Notes: generated from the letters alone by a model not told the origin. 64,000 nt of DNA from an uncultured bacterium (GCA_963732385.1 CAVSZB010000003.1:320001-384000); one strand, 5' to 3'; counted from the stretch's first letter, positions 49,141 through 57,851 are shown. Made by a program: numbers and translations.

Positions 49141-50694
49141 ATGCCCGACCAGCCGAAACCGCAGGTCGTCCTCTGCATCCTCGACGGCGTGGGCTGGCGC
49201 CCTGACTCCGAGGTCGGCAATGCCGTCGCGCTGGCGAAGCCCGCCTACTGGCCGACGCTCTTCGCGCGCTATCCGCACACGACGCTCCACTGCTCGGGGC
49301 TGGATGTGGGGCTGCCGGTCGGTCAGATGGGCAACAGCGAGGTGGGGCATCTGACCATCGGATCCGGCCGGATCATCGACCAGGAGATCAATCGCGTGTC
49401 GCGCGCGCTTGCCTCGGGCGAGTTCGGACGGCTGCCGGCCTGGACCGCGTTCCTGGAACGGATCAAGGCGAAAGGTGGCGGCCTGCATCTGCTGGGCCTG
49501 GTATCGCCGGGCGGGGTCCATTCGCACACCGACCATCTCTACGGCATCATCGAAGAAGCGGCCCGCGCGGATGTCGGCGAAATCTTCGTGCACGCCTTCC
49601 TCGACGGGCGCGACACCGACCCGCACGGCGGGCTCGGCTACATCCGGGAGCTGGAGGCGCAGCTCGCGCGCATCGGCGCCGGGCGGATCGCCAGCGTGAG
49701 CGGACGGTACTACGCCATGGATCGCGATCAGCGGTGGGACCGCGTGGAGAAGGCGTGGCGGGCGCTGGTGCACGGCGAGGGGGTGGCCGCGTCCGGCGCG
49801 GCGGCGGCCGTGGAGGCAGCGTACGCCGCGGGCGTGACCGACGAATTTGTTCTGCCGACCGTGATCCACGGTGGCGATGGACGCCCCCTGGCCACGGTCG
49901 ACGACGGCGACGGCGTCTTCTTCTGGAATTTCCGCGCCGATCGCGCCCGCGAGCTGACCTGGGCGTTCAACCAGGACGACTTTGCCGGCTTTGCGCGCCC
50001 GCAACGGCCCGCCGTCGCCTGGCTCTGTTTGACCGTCTACGACGAGTCGCTTTCGCTGCCGGTGTTGTTCGCGCCGCATCCGCCGCGCAACATCCTGGCC
50101 GACGTCTTCGCGGCGCACGGCGTGACCAATCTGCGTGTGGCCGAGACCGAGAAGTATGCGCACGTAACCTACTTCTTCAACGGCGGCCGCGAAGAGCCGT
50201 ACCCCGGCGAGACGCGCATCATGATCCCGTCGCCGAAGGTCGCCACCTACGACCTGCAGCCGGAGATGAGCGCGGCCGAGGTGGCGCGCGCGGTGGGCGA
50301 ACAGGCGGCGTCGGGGCAACACGAGGTCATCGTGGTCAACTTCGCCAATGGCGACATGGTGGGGCACACCGGCGTGCTCGAGGCGGCCATCACCGCCTTC
50401 CGCACCCTCGATGTCCTGCTGGCGGAAATGATCCCGCCGATCGTGGCGCGGGGAGGCACCGTCCTGATCACGGCCGACCACGGCAACTGCGAGGAGATGA
50501 TCGGCCCCGAGGGGCAGATCCTGACGGCGCACTCGCTGAACGTGGTGCCGCTGGTGGCCGTTTCGGAGGCCCTGGAGGGGTGCCTCGACGCGATCCCACC
50601 CGGCCGCCACGCCCTATCCGATCTGGCGCCCACGATCCTGAAATTGCTCAATCTCCCGCAACCGGTTGAAATGACGGGCAGATCCGTGATTTAG
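49141..50694 (+). CDS. gpmI: 2,3-bisphosphoglycerate-independent phosphoglycerate mutase
   Basis: ILDGVG, GQMGNSEVGH, GGVHSH, DGRDT, GRYYAMDRD, NFRADRAR, AETEKYAHVT, DMVGHTG, ADHGN. Confidence 0.97.
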   Translation: MPDQPKPQVVLCILDGVGWRPDSEVGNAVALAKPAYWPTLFARYPHTTLHCSGLDVGLPVGQMGNSEVGHLTIGSGRIIDQEINRVSRALASGEFGRLPAWTAFLERIKAKGGGLHLLGLVSPGGVHSHTDHLYGIIEEAARADVGEIFVHAFLDGRDTDPHGGLGYIRELEAQLARIGAGRIASVSGRYYAMDRDQRWDRVEKAWRALVHGEGVAASGAAAAVEAAYAAGVTDEFVLPTVIHGGDGRPLATVDDGDGVFFWNFRADRARELTWAFNQDDFAGFARPQRPAVAWLCLTVYDESLSLPVLFAPHPPRNILADVFAAHGVTNLRVAETEKYAHVTYFFNGGREEPYPGETRIMIPSPKVATYDLQPEMSAAEVARAVGEQAASGQHEVIVVNFANGDMVGHTGVLEAAITAFRTLDVLLAEMIPPIVARGGTVLITADHGNCEEMIGPEGQILTAHSLNVVPLVAVSEALEGCLDAIPPGRHALSDLAPTILKLLNLPQPVEMTGRSVI

Positions 50695-50744
50695 GCGATC
50701 CGCGCGCCCCCGCCATTCTCATGGAATGAAAAGTTTTCCGAATA

Positions 50745-50774
50745 TGGACAATCCCCCTGCGCAAATGCTATAAT
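50745..50774 (+). promoter_or_regulatory. Sigma70 promoter with extended -10 (TGGACA-18-TATAAT, TGn before -10)
   Basis: Near-consensus elements about 220 nt upstream of ATG 50994. Confidence 0.7.
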
Positions 50775-50993
50775 GGCCGCCCAGCCAGGGCCCATTTCGG
50801 CCACGCAGTCACATTGCAACCGGGAGGTGGGCCTATCGGAGTTCCTGGCTCCTGACATCGTTATATTCTGAGGCCATATCGCGGACCGTGCTCATTGACT
50901 CGCCTTTCCGCTGCTTCGAGCGGTCCAGCACTTGACACTCGGCTTAGTGAGTCGCTGCGCACTCCCTCAGACTCAAGCGAGGAGACCGGAAGC

Positions 50994-53015
50994 ATGAAAA
51001 AGGTTTTCCTGGGCACCGCCATGTGCGCGTGCCTTCTGATGGCTGGCCTGGCGTCAGCCCAGTTGACCGCCATTGATACGATCCAGACCTACAACCCCGT
51101 CACCGGTGCGCCCACCCCGTTCCCCGTCTCGGGCACCATCGTAACCGTTCAGGGTACTCTTTATGTTCTCAAGGGCAGTTTCAACACCGGTTCCCACTAC
51201 ATCCAGGCTGCCGACGCTGGCATCCAGGTGTTCAACTCCACCCTGAACCTGGGCACGATCGGCGACCTGATCGAGGTCACAGGAGCGGTCGGGGTATTCT
51301 CGAACGAAATCCAGATCACCAACCTGACGAACAACTCGATAATCTCGCATCCGGGCGAGCCGGCCCCGCTCGTCAAGACGATTTCCCAACTGGTGCACTG
51401 GACCGGCGGCGTTCCTCCCAGAGTCAATGACTACGAGAGTGTCGGCAGTTTCGTCCGGGTGACGGGCAACATCGCTACCGCCCCCACGAACAACACCCCG
51501 ACCTCGGACAAGCAGTTCAGCATCATGGCGGACGGCGACACCGTGATCGTTTTCGTCGATAAGGACACCGCCATCGATGTCGGCGCGGTCGCCGTGGGAG
51601 ATCTCTATCAGATCGACGCGGCCTGCGTGCGGTACGGCACAGCGCCGCCCGTGATCGAGCTCAAGCCGCGCTCCCAGAACGACCTGGTCGAAAACCCGGG
51701 GAGTCCGGCTCCCGCCATCGAGAACGTGATCTCTTCGAACTATCATCCGCTGTCGACCACGGCGCTGACCATCAGCGCGGACATCACCAGCGGCGGGGGC
51801 ACGATCAGTGGCGCCACGCTCTACTGGCGCAACAGCGCGGGCGACAGCCTCGGCGCCTACACAGCCACTCCCATGACTTTGGGCACGGCGCCGAAGTACT
51901 CCGGCGTCATCCCGACGCCGCACTCGGGCATCCGGGTGGACTACTACGTCTCGGCGACCGACAACCTGGCGCAGACCACCCTGTCGCCGTCCGCGGCGCC
52001 GACGGCCCACAACGAGCTGGCGGTCGGCTTCACGACGATCCACGACATGCAGTACGTTGACCCGAACGCCGTGAGCCAGTCGTCACCGTACCGCTACAAG
52101 GTCGTCAACCTCGAGGGCATCGTCACCTACGGTACCGGCGAGGCCGGCGCGGTCAGCAAGTTCATCATGGAGACGTCCACGGGCGGCCCGTTCAGCGGCG
52201 CCCTGGTCTACGACGGGACCGGCACCTACGGCGCGGTCTACACGGGGGACCTGGTCCAGGTCGGCGGTCGCATTGACGAGTATCTCGGCTGCACCGAAGT
52301 TCTGCCCTTCCGCAAGCCCGACGGCGTGCTTGCCGGTTCCACCGGCGCTCCGGTCTCCGTGCTCGCCTACAACAGCAAGTTGCCGGCGGCGATGTACGTT
52401 TCGACCCGGGTCCTGGCCGACGGCGTCTCGACCGATGGCAACGGCTACCTGGGCGAGGCCTACGAGACCTGCCGTGTCCGCACGAAGGCCTCGCTGGTGC
52501 TTCCCAACGCCCCTCTTCCCTCCCGCGGTTTCGGGATTACCGACACCGGCGTCCTGGCGGATTCGGTGCGAGTGGTCCCGCTGGTCGACCTCACGTATCC
52601 GCACACCGCGGGTGACTTCGTGGTGGTCGAGGGCTGGATGGATTACAACGGCACGTACATGCTTCGCCCCGTCCGGGACGAGGACATCGCGTACGGCATC
52701 ACCGGCGTCGGCGACACCACGCCGCAGGTGCTGCCCGCGGGCGGTTTTGTCGGCGTGTCTCCGAACCCGTTCAATCCCCGCACGGAGATCGAGTTCGTCC
52801 TGACACGGTCGAATCTGGCCCAGTTGAACATCTACAACCTGCGCGGCCAGCTGGTGCGCTCGTTGGCCAATGGTCACCTGGAAGCCGGGACCTACACGCT
52901 GGTCTGGGACGGGACCGACGAAGCCGGCAACCGCATGGGCAGCGGGACCTTCTTCGCCCGCCTGCGCATCGGCGCCGAGGTCATGCAGGTCCAGAAGCTT
53001 TCGCTCGTGAAGTGA
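50994..53015 (+). CDS. Large secreted protein with repeated OB-fold-like modules and C-terminal FlgD-Ig/secretion CTD
   Basis: Signal peptide; repeated 'GD.I/V.VTG.V..F...QI' modules; C-terminus SPNPFNPRTEI.F...IYNLRGQLVRSL...G.Y.LVWDGTD..G...GSG.FFARL...KLSLVK. Confidence 0.85.
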   Translation: MKKVFLGTAMCACLLMAGLASAQLTAIDTIQTYNPVTGAPTPFPVSGTIVTVQGTLYVLKGSFNTGSHYIQAADAGIQVFNSTLNLGTIGDLIEVTGAVGVFSNEIQITNLTNNSIISHPGEPAPLVKTISQLVHWTGGVPPRVNDYESVGSFVRVTGNIATAPTNNTPTSDKQFSIMADGDTVIVFVDKDTAIDVGAVAVGDLYQIDAACVRYGTAPPVIELKPRSQNDLVENPGSPAPAIENVISSNYHPLSTTALTISADITSGGGTISGATLYWRNSAGDSLGAYTATPMTLGTAPKYSGVIPTPHSGIRVDYYVSATDNLAQTTLSPSAAPTAHNELAVGFTTIHDMQYVDPNAVSQSSPYRYKVVNLEGIVTYGTGEAGAVSKFIMETSTGGPFSGALVYDGTGTYGAVYTGDLVQVGGRIDEYLGCTEVLPFRKPDGVLAGSTGAPVSVLAYNSKLPAAMYVSTRVLADGVSTDGNGYLGEAYETCRVRTKASLVLPNAPLPSRGFGITDTGVLADSVRVVPLVDLTYPHTAGDFVVVEGWMDYNGTYMLRPVRDEDIAYGITGVGDTTPQVLPAGGFVGVSPNPFNPRTEIEFVLTRSNLAQLNIYNLRGQLVRSLANGHLEAGTYTLVWDGTDEAGNRMGSGTFFARLRIGAEVMQVQKLSLVK

Positions 53016-53056
53016 TATGGAACGGCTAGTCAAACGTTGATTAGTGCGCTCCTCGG

Positions 53057-53085
53057 GGGCCCCGGCGACAGCCGGGGCCCTTCTT
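53057..53085 (+). terminator. IS-borne terminator-like hairpin
   Basis: GGGCCCCGGC-GACA-GCCGGGGCCC-TTCTT inside the IS end, just downstream of the CTD gene. Confidence 0.65.
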
Positions 53086-53099
53086 ACGCCTGGTTGTTG

Positions 53100-53260
53100 G
53101 GAGCAGGGACTGCAACGACGGTTGATCAGACTGATATCCGCGGGTTGGTTACCGCACACAATTCTGTCCGTCTCGGGGTGACCTCCGTCTAACACCGCGG
53201 GTCCAGCTCATGGCCTGCCGCATACTTCAAACGAGGATTCCCCTGACCGGTCCCTGCTCC
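53100..53260 (-). ncRNA. Candidate IS110 bridge/seek RNA in the 3' non-coding region
   Basis: Closed by an 11-bp helix GGAGCAGGGAC/GTCCCTGCTCC; contains segments matching the target (TGAAGTA, GTGTTA) and the circle junction (ATATCAG, ATTGTGT). Confidence 0.7.
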
Positions 53261-53270
53261 ACTCAGCGTC

Positions 53271-54386
53271 CTAGTGTTGCTTCGTGGCTGCGACCCACAT
53301 CGCGGCCCACACGAATCCACTCAGTTCACGGGCCACCGCGACGGCGACCTTGTTGCGATGCTTCGTCTTCTCCAGGTGATGGAATCGCCTGCCGAGTCGA
53401 TGCTGGGCCTTCACGGCGATCGCGACCATTTCAGGATCCTGACCCATCCGGCGGCGATCGAGGATCAAGGTCGAGCCTACCCTGTACTGGTAGTGCCAAG
53501 CGGCTTCGACTAGGATCCGTCTTAGGAATGTGTTGCCCGCCTTGGTGATCGAACCACGATGTTGTTGCTCGCCGCTGGAGTGCTCCTTTGACACCAACCC
53601 CGTGTACCCCATCAGCCGGTCCGGGTGACTGAAGCGACGGATGTCTCCGATCTCGGTGACCAACGTCATCGCCGTCAGGGTCTTGATGCCGCGGAAGCAC
53701 TGCAGCGCCTCGACGGTCGCCCGCCAGGGCTCGCGACAGGACCACTGCTCGATCTCGGCGTCGAGCGACCGCTGCTGAGACTCGAGGTACTCCAGGTGGT
53801 CGAGGTCGTAGGCCAGGACCGTCTGCAGCGGGCCCGTCATCTCGCGGCGCAACGTGGCCAGCCAGGCGCGATGCTGCTTCGTCCAATTGCTTTTGGTCCC
53901 GGTGAAACGATGTCCGTGGGTAGCCAGCACCCGGACGATCCGATGCTTGCTGCGCACGATCTGACGCTGCAGCGACAGTCGGCATCGCACGAGCTGGCGT
54001 ACCGCCTCTTGCTCCTCATCTGGTATCGTCACCGCCCGCAGATGGCCGCTGCGATACATGCGCGCCAAGCGCACGGCATCCAGGCGATCGGTCTTGCGGT
54101 GATCGCCCGGGCAGCGGGGGATCAGACTCGGGGCGATCACCTCGCACTGGAACCCATCGTGGTCCAGGGCCCGCTGCAGGACGTAGCCTGCACCCGAGGC
54201 CTCGTAGCATGCCCGCGGGGAGCCCTGCTTGGTCAAGCGGCGGAAGAGCCGGCGAACCGCGTTGAGGTCCCCTGGCAACCGGACAATCTCCGGGATGTCC
54301 TTGTCTCCAAAGAGGATCGCCGCGGTGATGGACTCCTGGTGAACATCCATGCCCACCCAAACGGTCGCTGTGCTATCGTGTGTCAT
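53271..54386 (-). CDS. IS110 family DEDD recombinase/transposase
   Basis: VGMDVH, YEASG, KTDRLDA (DEDD); GIKTLTA..LVTEIGDI.RF, GLVSKEHSSG (Tnp20 Ser), ITKAGN..LR, VAVAREL; frame intact. Confidence 0.97.
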   Translation of the reverse strand: MTHDSTATVWVGMDVHQESITAAILFGDKDIPEIVRLPGDLNAVRRLFRRLTKQGSPRACYEASGAGYVLQRALDHDGFQCEVIAPSLIPRCPGDHRKTDRLDAVRLARMYRSGHLRAVTIPDEEQEAVRQLVRCRLSLQRQIVRSKHRIVRVLATHGHRFTGTKSNWTKQHRAWLATLRREMTGPLQTVLAYDLDHLEYLESQQRSLDAEIEQWSCREPWRATVEALQCFRGIKTLTAMTLVTEIGDIRRFSHPDRLMGYTGLVSKEHSSGEQQHRGSITKAGNTFLRRILVEAAWHYQYRVGSTLILDRRRMGQDPEMVAIAVKAQHRLGRRFHHLEKTKHRNKVAVAVARELSGFVWAAMWVAATKQH

Positions 54387-54515
54387 GGCTGGGTCCTTTC
54401 GTGAGCGGGAGTTTCGGCTCCCTAGTGTCCCTGGTCCGTGCGGACTAACACACGATACCCGAGGGGCCCAGCCGTTCCATTATGTCTAGCGCATTCCGCG
54501 CACGGAAAACGCAGG

Positions 54516-54553
54516 GCGACCCCGGGGGCTTCGGCTCCCGGGGTCGCGTCTTT
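54516..54553 (+). terminator. Native terminator of the CTD gene (possibly bidirectional), displaced by the IS
   Basis: GCGACCCCGGGGGC-TTCG-GCTCCCGGGGTCGC-GTCTTT, 14-bp stem with UUCG loop. Confidence 0.75.
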
Positions 54554-54576
54554 CCGGGAGGAGCGCGTGGAGCGGG

Positions 54577-55719
54577 TCAGACCTGCAGGGGAATATCGAC
54601 GGTGAAGACCGTGCCCACGGATTCGGCGGAGCGTAAGCTGACCGTGCCGGCCAGACAGCGCTCGGTCAAAAGGCGCGCGCTGTAGGTGCCAAGTCCGCGG
54701 CCGGGCGATTTCGTGGAGAAGGAGCGCTGGAAGAGCTGGCGCTGATGGTCGGGGGCGATGACCGCGAGATTGTGGACGCTGATCAGACAGCGGTCGTGGT
54801 CGACGCTCGCCGTCAGGGTGACCGTTTCCCCCTTGGCGCTCGCCTCCAGGGCGTTCTTGAGCAGGTTGCCGACGACCCGCGAGAGGATGCGTTCGTCGGT
54901 GACCAGGGGCGGATCGGCGGGGGGGGCGCTGAGCGCGATGGTACGTCCTTCGGCGACCGGGTGGTGGCTGTAGAGCCCGACGAGATCGTTCATCCACCCG
55001 CGCAGCCTGACCGGATCCGGCACGGCCTGCAGATCGCCCTTCTCGGCCCACAGCAGGTCGCGGTGGCCTCCGATCATGTCGGTCAGCTGCATGCTCAGGC
55101 GGTCGAGCAGCGACAGGCACTCGGCGCGATCCGTCTCGCCCATCTCCGGGATCAACTGCGCCAGGCCGCGGATGCCTCCGGTCACGTTGAGTACGTCGTG
55201 GAAGAAGAGACGCTGCAGCGCCTCCTTGCGGCGCTCCTCGCCGACGTCCCGCAGGCTGGCGACCCAGAGCGGCTCCGGAATGATGCCGGTGAGCCGTCGC
55301 ATGTGGACCTCGAACTCGCGCGTTTCAACGAAGTTGTTGAGCGACAACGAAACCCGCCACTCGCCTCGCGCGTCGCCCTCTGCGAGGCCGAGCGCGAGGG
55401 TGCGGTTGGCGCCGCAGGCGGCGCAGCCAGGATCGCGGGTGCAGATATCGGGGCCCTGCGCCGCCCGCGTGCAGCCGAACGCTTCACCCGGCCGCAGTCC
55501 GATCAGGGTGGCGCCGTCGCGCCCCTGTCCGAGTTCGCGCGCGCCGGCGCTGGCCAGTACGATGCGCAGATTTCCATCCAGCAACAACAGCGGTGATGGC
55601 ACGGCGGCGAAGAGATCGCACAGGCCGGGGGCTTGCTGGCGTACGGCGTCGGCCAGCGCACTGACCTGGCTGCAGCCTGGCGCCGGGGGCGCGATCCGGT
55701 TTGCTGTTTCTGCTGACAT
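54577..55719 (-). CDS. Cytoplasmic PAS-domain histidine kinase with Cys-rich insert
   Basis: LFFHDVLN H-box, NLLKNALEA, FSTK..GRGLG; PAS region with GEAFGC...C.....C..C. Confidence 0.88.
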   Translation of the reverse strand: MSAETANRIAPPAPGCSQVSALADAVRQQAPGLCDLFAAVPSPLLLLDGNLRIVLASAGARELGQGRDGATLIGLRPGEAFGCTRAAQGPDICTRDPGCAACGANRTLALGLAEGDARGEWRVSLSLNNFVETREFEVHMRRLTGIIPEPLWVASLRDVGEERRKEALQRLFFHDVLNVTGGIRGLAQLIPEMGETDRAECLSLLDRLSMQLTDMIGGHRDLLWAEKGDLQAVPDPVRLRGWMNDLVGLYSHHPVAEGRTIALSAPPADPPLVTDERILSRVVGNLLKNALEASAKGETVTLTASVDHDRCLISVHNLAVIAPDHQRQLFQRSFSTKSPGRGLGTYSARLLTERCLAGTVSLRSAESVGTVFTVDIPLQV

Positions 55720-55979
55720 AACGGGCTCCGAATTTGCGTCGCGGACCGATTCCGGTACGGCACGTCCGGCACGGGCGGGCGTCGCGGAATCCGGCTCCGG
55801 ACTACGGGATCGGCAGTTCACGCCGGGCCTTGAGCCTTGGTGCTAATCGATTCCCGGGCGCGCCCGGAGATCGTAGCGCCACAGTTGCATCTCTATAAAA
55901 ATGTCCTACCATGGTCCGGCAGTTTGTATAAGCAGCCCCGCGAGGGCCACGATTCTGGTCTCTTTCCGGGAAGGGTGAC

Positions 55980-56315
55980 GTGAACGAGCAAACCCTGGTC
56001 CGCGTCAGCGCGGACGCGCAGACCGCCTTGGGCGGCATCGACTTCACTGCGGCCGGCGCCGGCGCGGTGCGGGTCTACTTCATGGGCTTTGGCTGAGGCG
56101 GACCATCCCTCGGGATGGCTCTGGATGAGCCGAAAAACGATGACAAGATTGTCGATCTGGGCGCCTGCAAGGTTGTCCTCGCTCCCGATGTCCTGGAGAT
56201 GGTCCAGAAATCGGGCGGCGTGGATATCGACTTTGTAACGGACGACGCGCGCCGCGGCTACACCATCAAGCTCAGCAACAAGGACTGCGGCGGCGGTTGC
56301 GACTGCGGTTCCTGA
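55980..56315 (+). CDS. HesB/IscA-like selenoprotein
   Basis: GTG 55980 in frame through TGA 56094-56096: ...VRVYFMGFG-U-GGPSLGMALDEP...IDF...CGGGCDCGS; the ORF track has only the 3' part. Confidence 0.9.
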
Positions 56316-56401
56316 CCGGGCGCCGCGGGTGGGAAACGCGCAGGAGGAGGCCGGGGCCTCCTCCTGCGTTCACTTGGGGTGCCGGTCGCGACAGGTGAGA
56401 G

Positions 56402-56620
56402 CTAGTAGTTTCCCGCTTCCTTCTCGTCGTCGCCGTCAGACTCGTCGTCGTCGTCGTCGTCGAAGTCATCGTCCGCGTCATCCTCGTCGAGCTCGGCGTC
56501 CTCGCCTGCCTCCGCGTCCTCTTCCCACTCGTCGCGGCAGTCGTCCGAGCAGAAGCTCAGCTTCTTGAAGCTGACGGCCTTCCCGGTGACTTCATCGCCG
56601 CACCAGGCGCACTCGCTCAT
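56402..56620 (-). CDS. Small TRASH/YHS-like Cys4 metal-binding protein with long acidic tail
   Basis: GGAGG RBS; CAWC...FCSDDC followed by a roughly 40-residue Asp/Glu-rich tail. Confidence 0.75.
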   Translation of the reverse strand: MSECAWCGDEVTGKAVSFKKLSFCSDDCRDEWEEDAEAGEDAELDEDDADDDFDDDDDDESDGDDEKEAGNY

Positions 56621-56821
56621 GTCTGGAGCACCTCCGGAAAGCGGTTGATCATCTGGGCCGCCCGGCTCAGCGGCCCGCGACGACCGTGTCTGACCCGCTC
56701 GTGGGCTGCGGCGGGTCGGTGGTGATTGAAACCTCCGCACCGTCCGGGCGCGGGCGGTTTCGGCGCATAAATACACGGAAACCCGGGAAGCGCAAGGGAG
56801 AAACCGAGAATTTTCCGACCC

Positions 56822-57631
56822 TCAGCCCCGCCGGTAGGCCATGACATAAGCCACCCAGGCCGGGGCGGAGTCTCCCATGGTGCCTGGCCGGAAGATCCCG
56901 CTCGGCTGGCCGGTTTGATCGGTGCCCTCCCAGTAGACGGTCGTTTCGGCAAACCCGGCCGTCTGAAGCAGTTCGCGCACCTCCGGCACCGACCAGAGGC
57001 GCCAGTCGTAGCTGAAGGCCCGGCGCAGCGAAGTGCCGTCGGGGAAAGCAAAATGGATGTGGCAGCGGTAGGCGTGCGTGATCGGATTGAAGGAGGCCTG
57101 GTCCCAGAAGTAGAAAAACCCCTCGCAGCGGCGTTCCTCCTGTTGCGTGACCTGGGCTTCGGGGCCGCCGTAGATGTCGAGCGCGAGCATGCCGTCGTCA
57201 CGCAGGGAGCGGTAGCAGTTGCGCAGATAAGCCAGCAGATCGGCGTGCGTTTTGAAGGTCCACCAGGAAAAGTTGGTGGCCGCGAGGATGTCGGCGCGCG
57301 GACGCCGCACGCGGCGCACATCGTCCTGCACCAGGCGCACACGCAGCGAGGCGGCGCCAAGGGGGGACACGTTGTGGCGTCGCCCCCAGGCGAGGGTGGG
57401 GCCATGCAGGTCGACGCCGAGCGCGACATTGCGCGCGTTCTTTCGCACCCAGGCGCAGCTCAGGGCCGCGGTGCCGCAGAAATCCTCGCGCAGGAAGCTG
57501 GCCGGACGCTTGAACACACGCCGGTACGCGGTGTCGAGAAAGCCGGCTTCCCAATCCACGTTCTGCACGCTGTTTTCGTAGAGCCAGTGGCGGTCGGCGG
57601 TGGCGGCGGTCAGGGGCTTCCTAGCGGGCAT
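56822..57631 (-). CDS. Class I SAM-dependent methyltransferase of unknown substrate
   Basis: LYENSVQ, LREDFCGTA, GVDL, NFSWW, DIYGG, FSYDWRLW. Confidence 0.8.
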   Translation of the reverse strand: MPARKPLTAATADRHWLYENSVQNVDWEAGFLDTAYRRVFKRPASFLREDFCGTAALSCAWVRKNARNVALGVDLHGPTLAWGRRHNVSPLGAASLRVRLVQDDVRRVRRPRADILAATNFSWWTFKTHADLLAYLRNCYRSLRDDGMLALDIYGGPEAQVTQQEERRCEGFFYFWDQASFNPITHAYRCHIHFAFPDGTSLRRAFSYDWRLWSVPEVRELLQTAGFAETTVYWEGTDQTGQPSGIFRPGTMGDSAPAWVAYVMAYRRG

Positions 57632-57829
57632 GGGCTCTTCCTTCCCGGGACGATGTCGATGATGGGAGATCGCGCGGCGGTCGAGGCCGTGGCCGGCCCC
57701 GGCGGCTCAGAGCCGGCCGTGCGCGGCGAGGCATCCTGAACGACCGCGAGGCTCAAGTCAAGCCCCTGAAGGGTGTTGCGAGGGGGTGGGCGGATATTGT
57801 GAACGCCTCCGACAGCAAGGAGGAATTAG

Positions 57830-57851
57830 AGAATTGCTTATCGACAATTCT
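57830..57851. promoter_or_regulatory. Inverted repeat AGAATTG-N8-CAATTCT upstream of the octaheme cytochrome
   Basis: Perfect 7-bp arms; TTG-N8-CAA spacing typical of Crp/Fnr-family boxes. Confidence 0.55.

Larger units (their letters stand above)
53014..54487 (-). mobile_element. IS110 family (IS1111-like) insertion sequence
   Basis: 11-bp sub-terminal IRs ATGGAACGGCT (53017-53027) and AGCCGTTCCAT (54470-54480), 3 and 7 nt from the inferred ends; no target duplication; long 3' non-coding region. Ends are ambiguous by 1-2 nt. Confidence 0.88.

Noticed and set aside
53005..53020. Target-site duplication around the IS
   Set aside because: Only a 1-nt shared T is present, consistent with IS110 conservative recombination
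56425..56500. (TCG)n trinucleotide run
   Set aside because: Simply encodes the poly-Asp tail; not an independent repeat array
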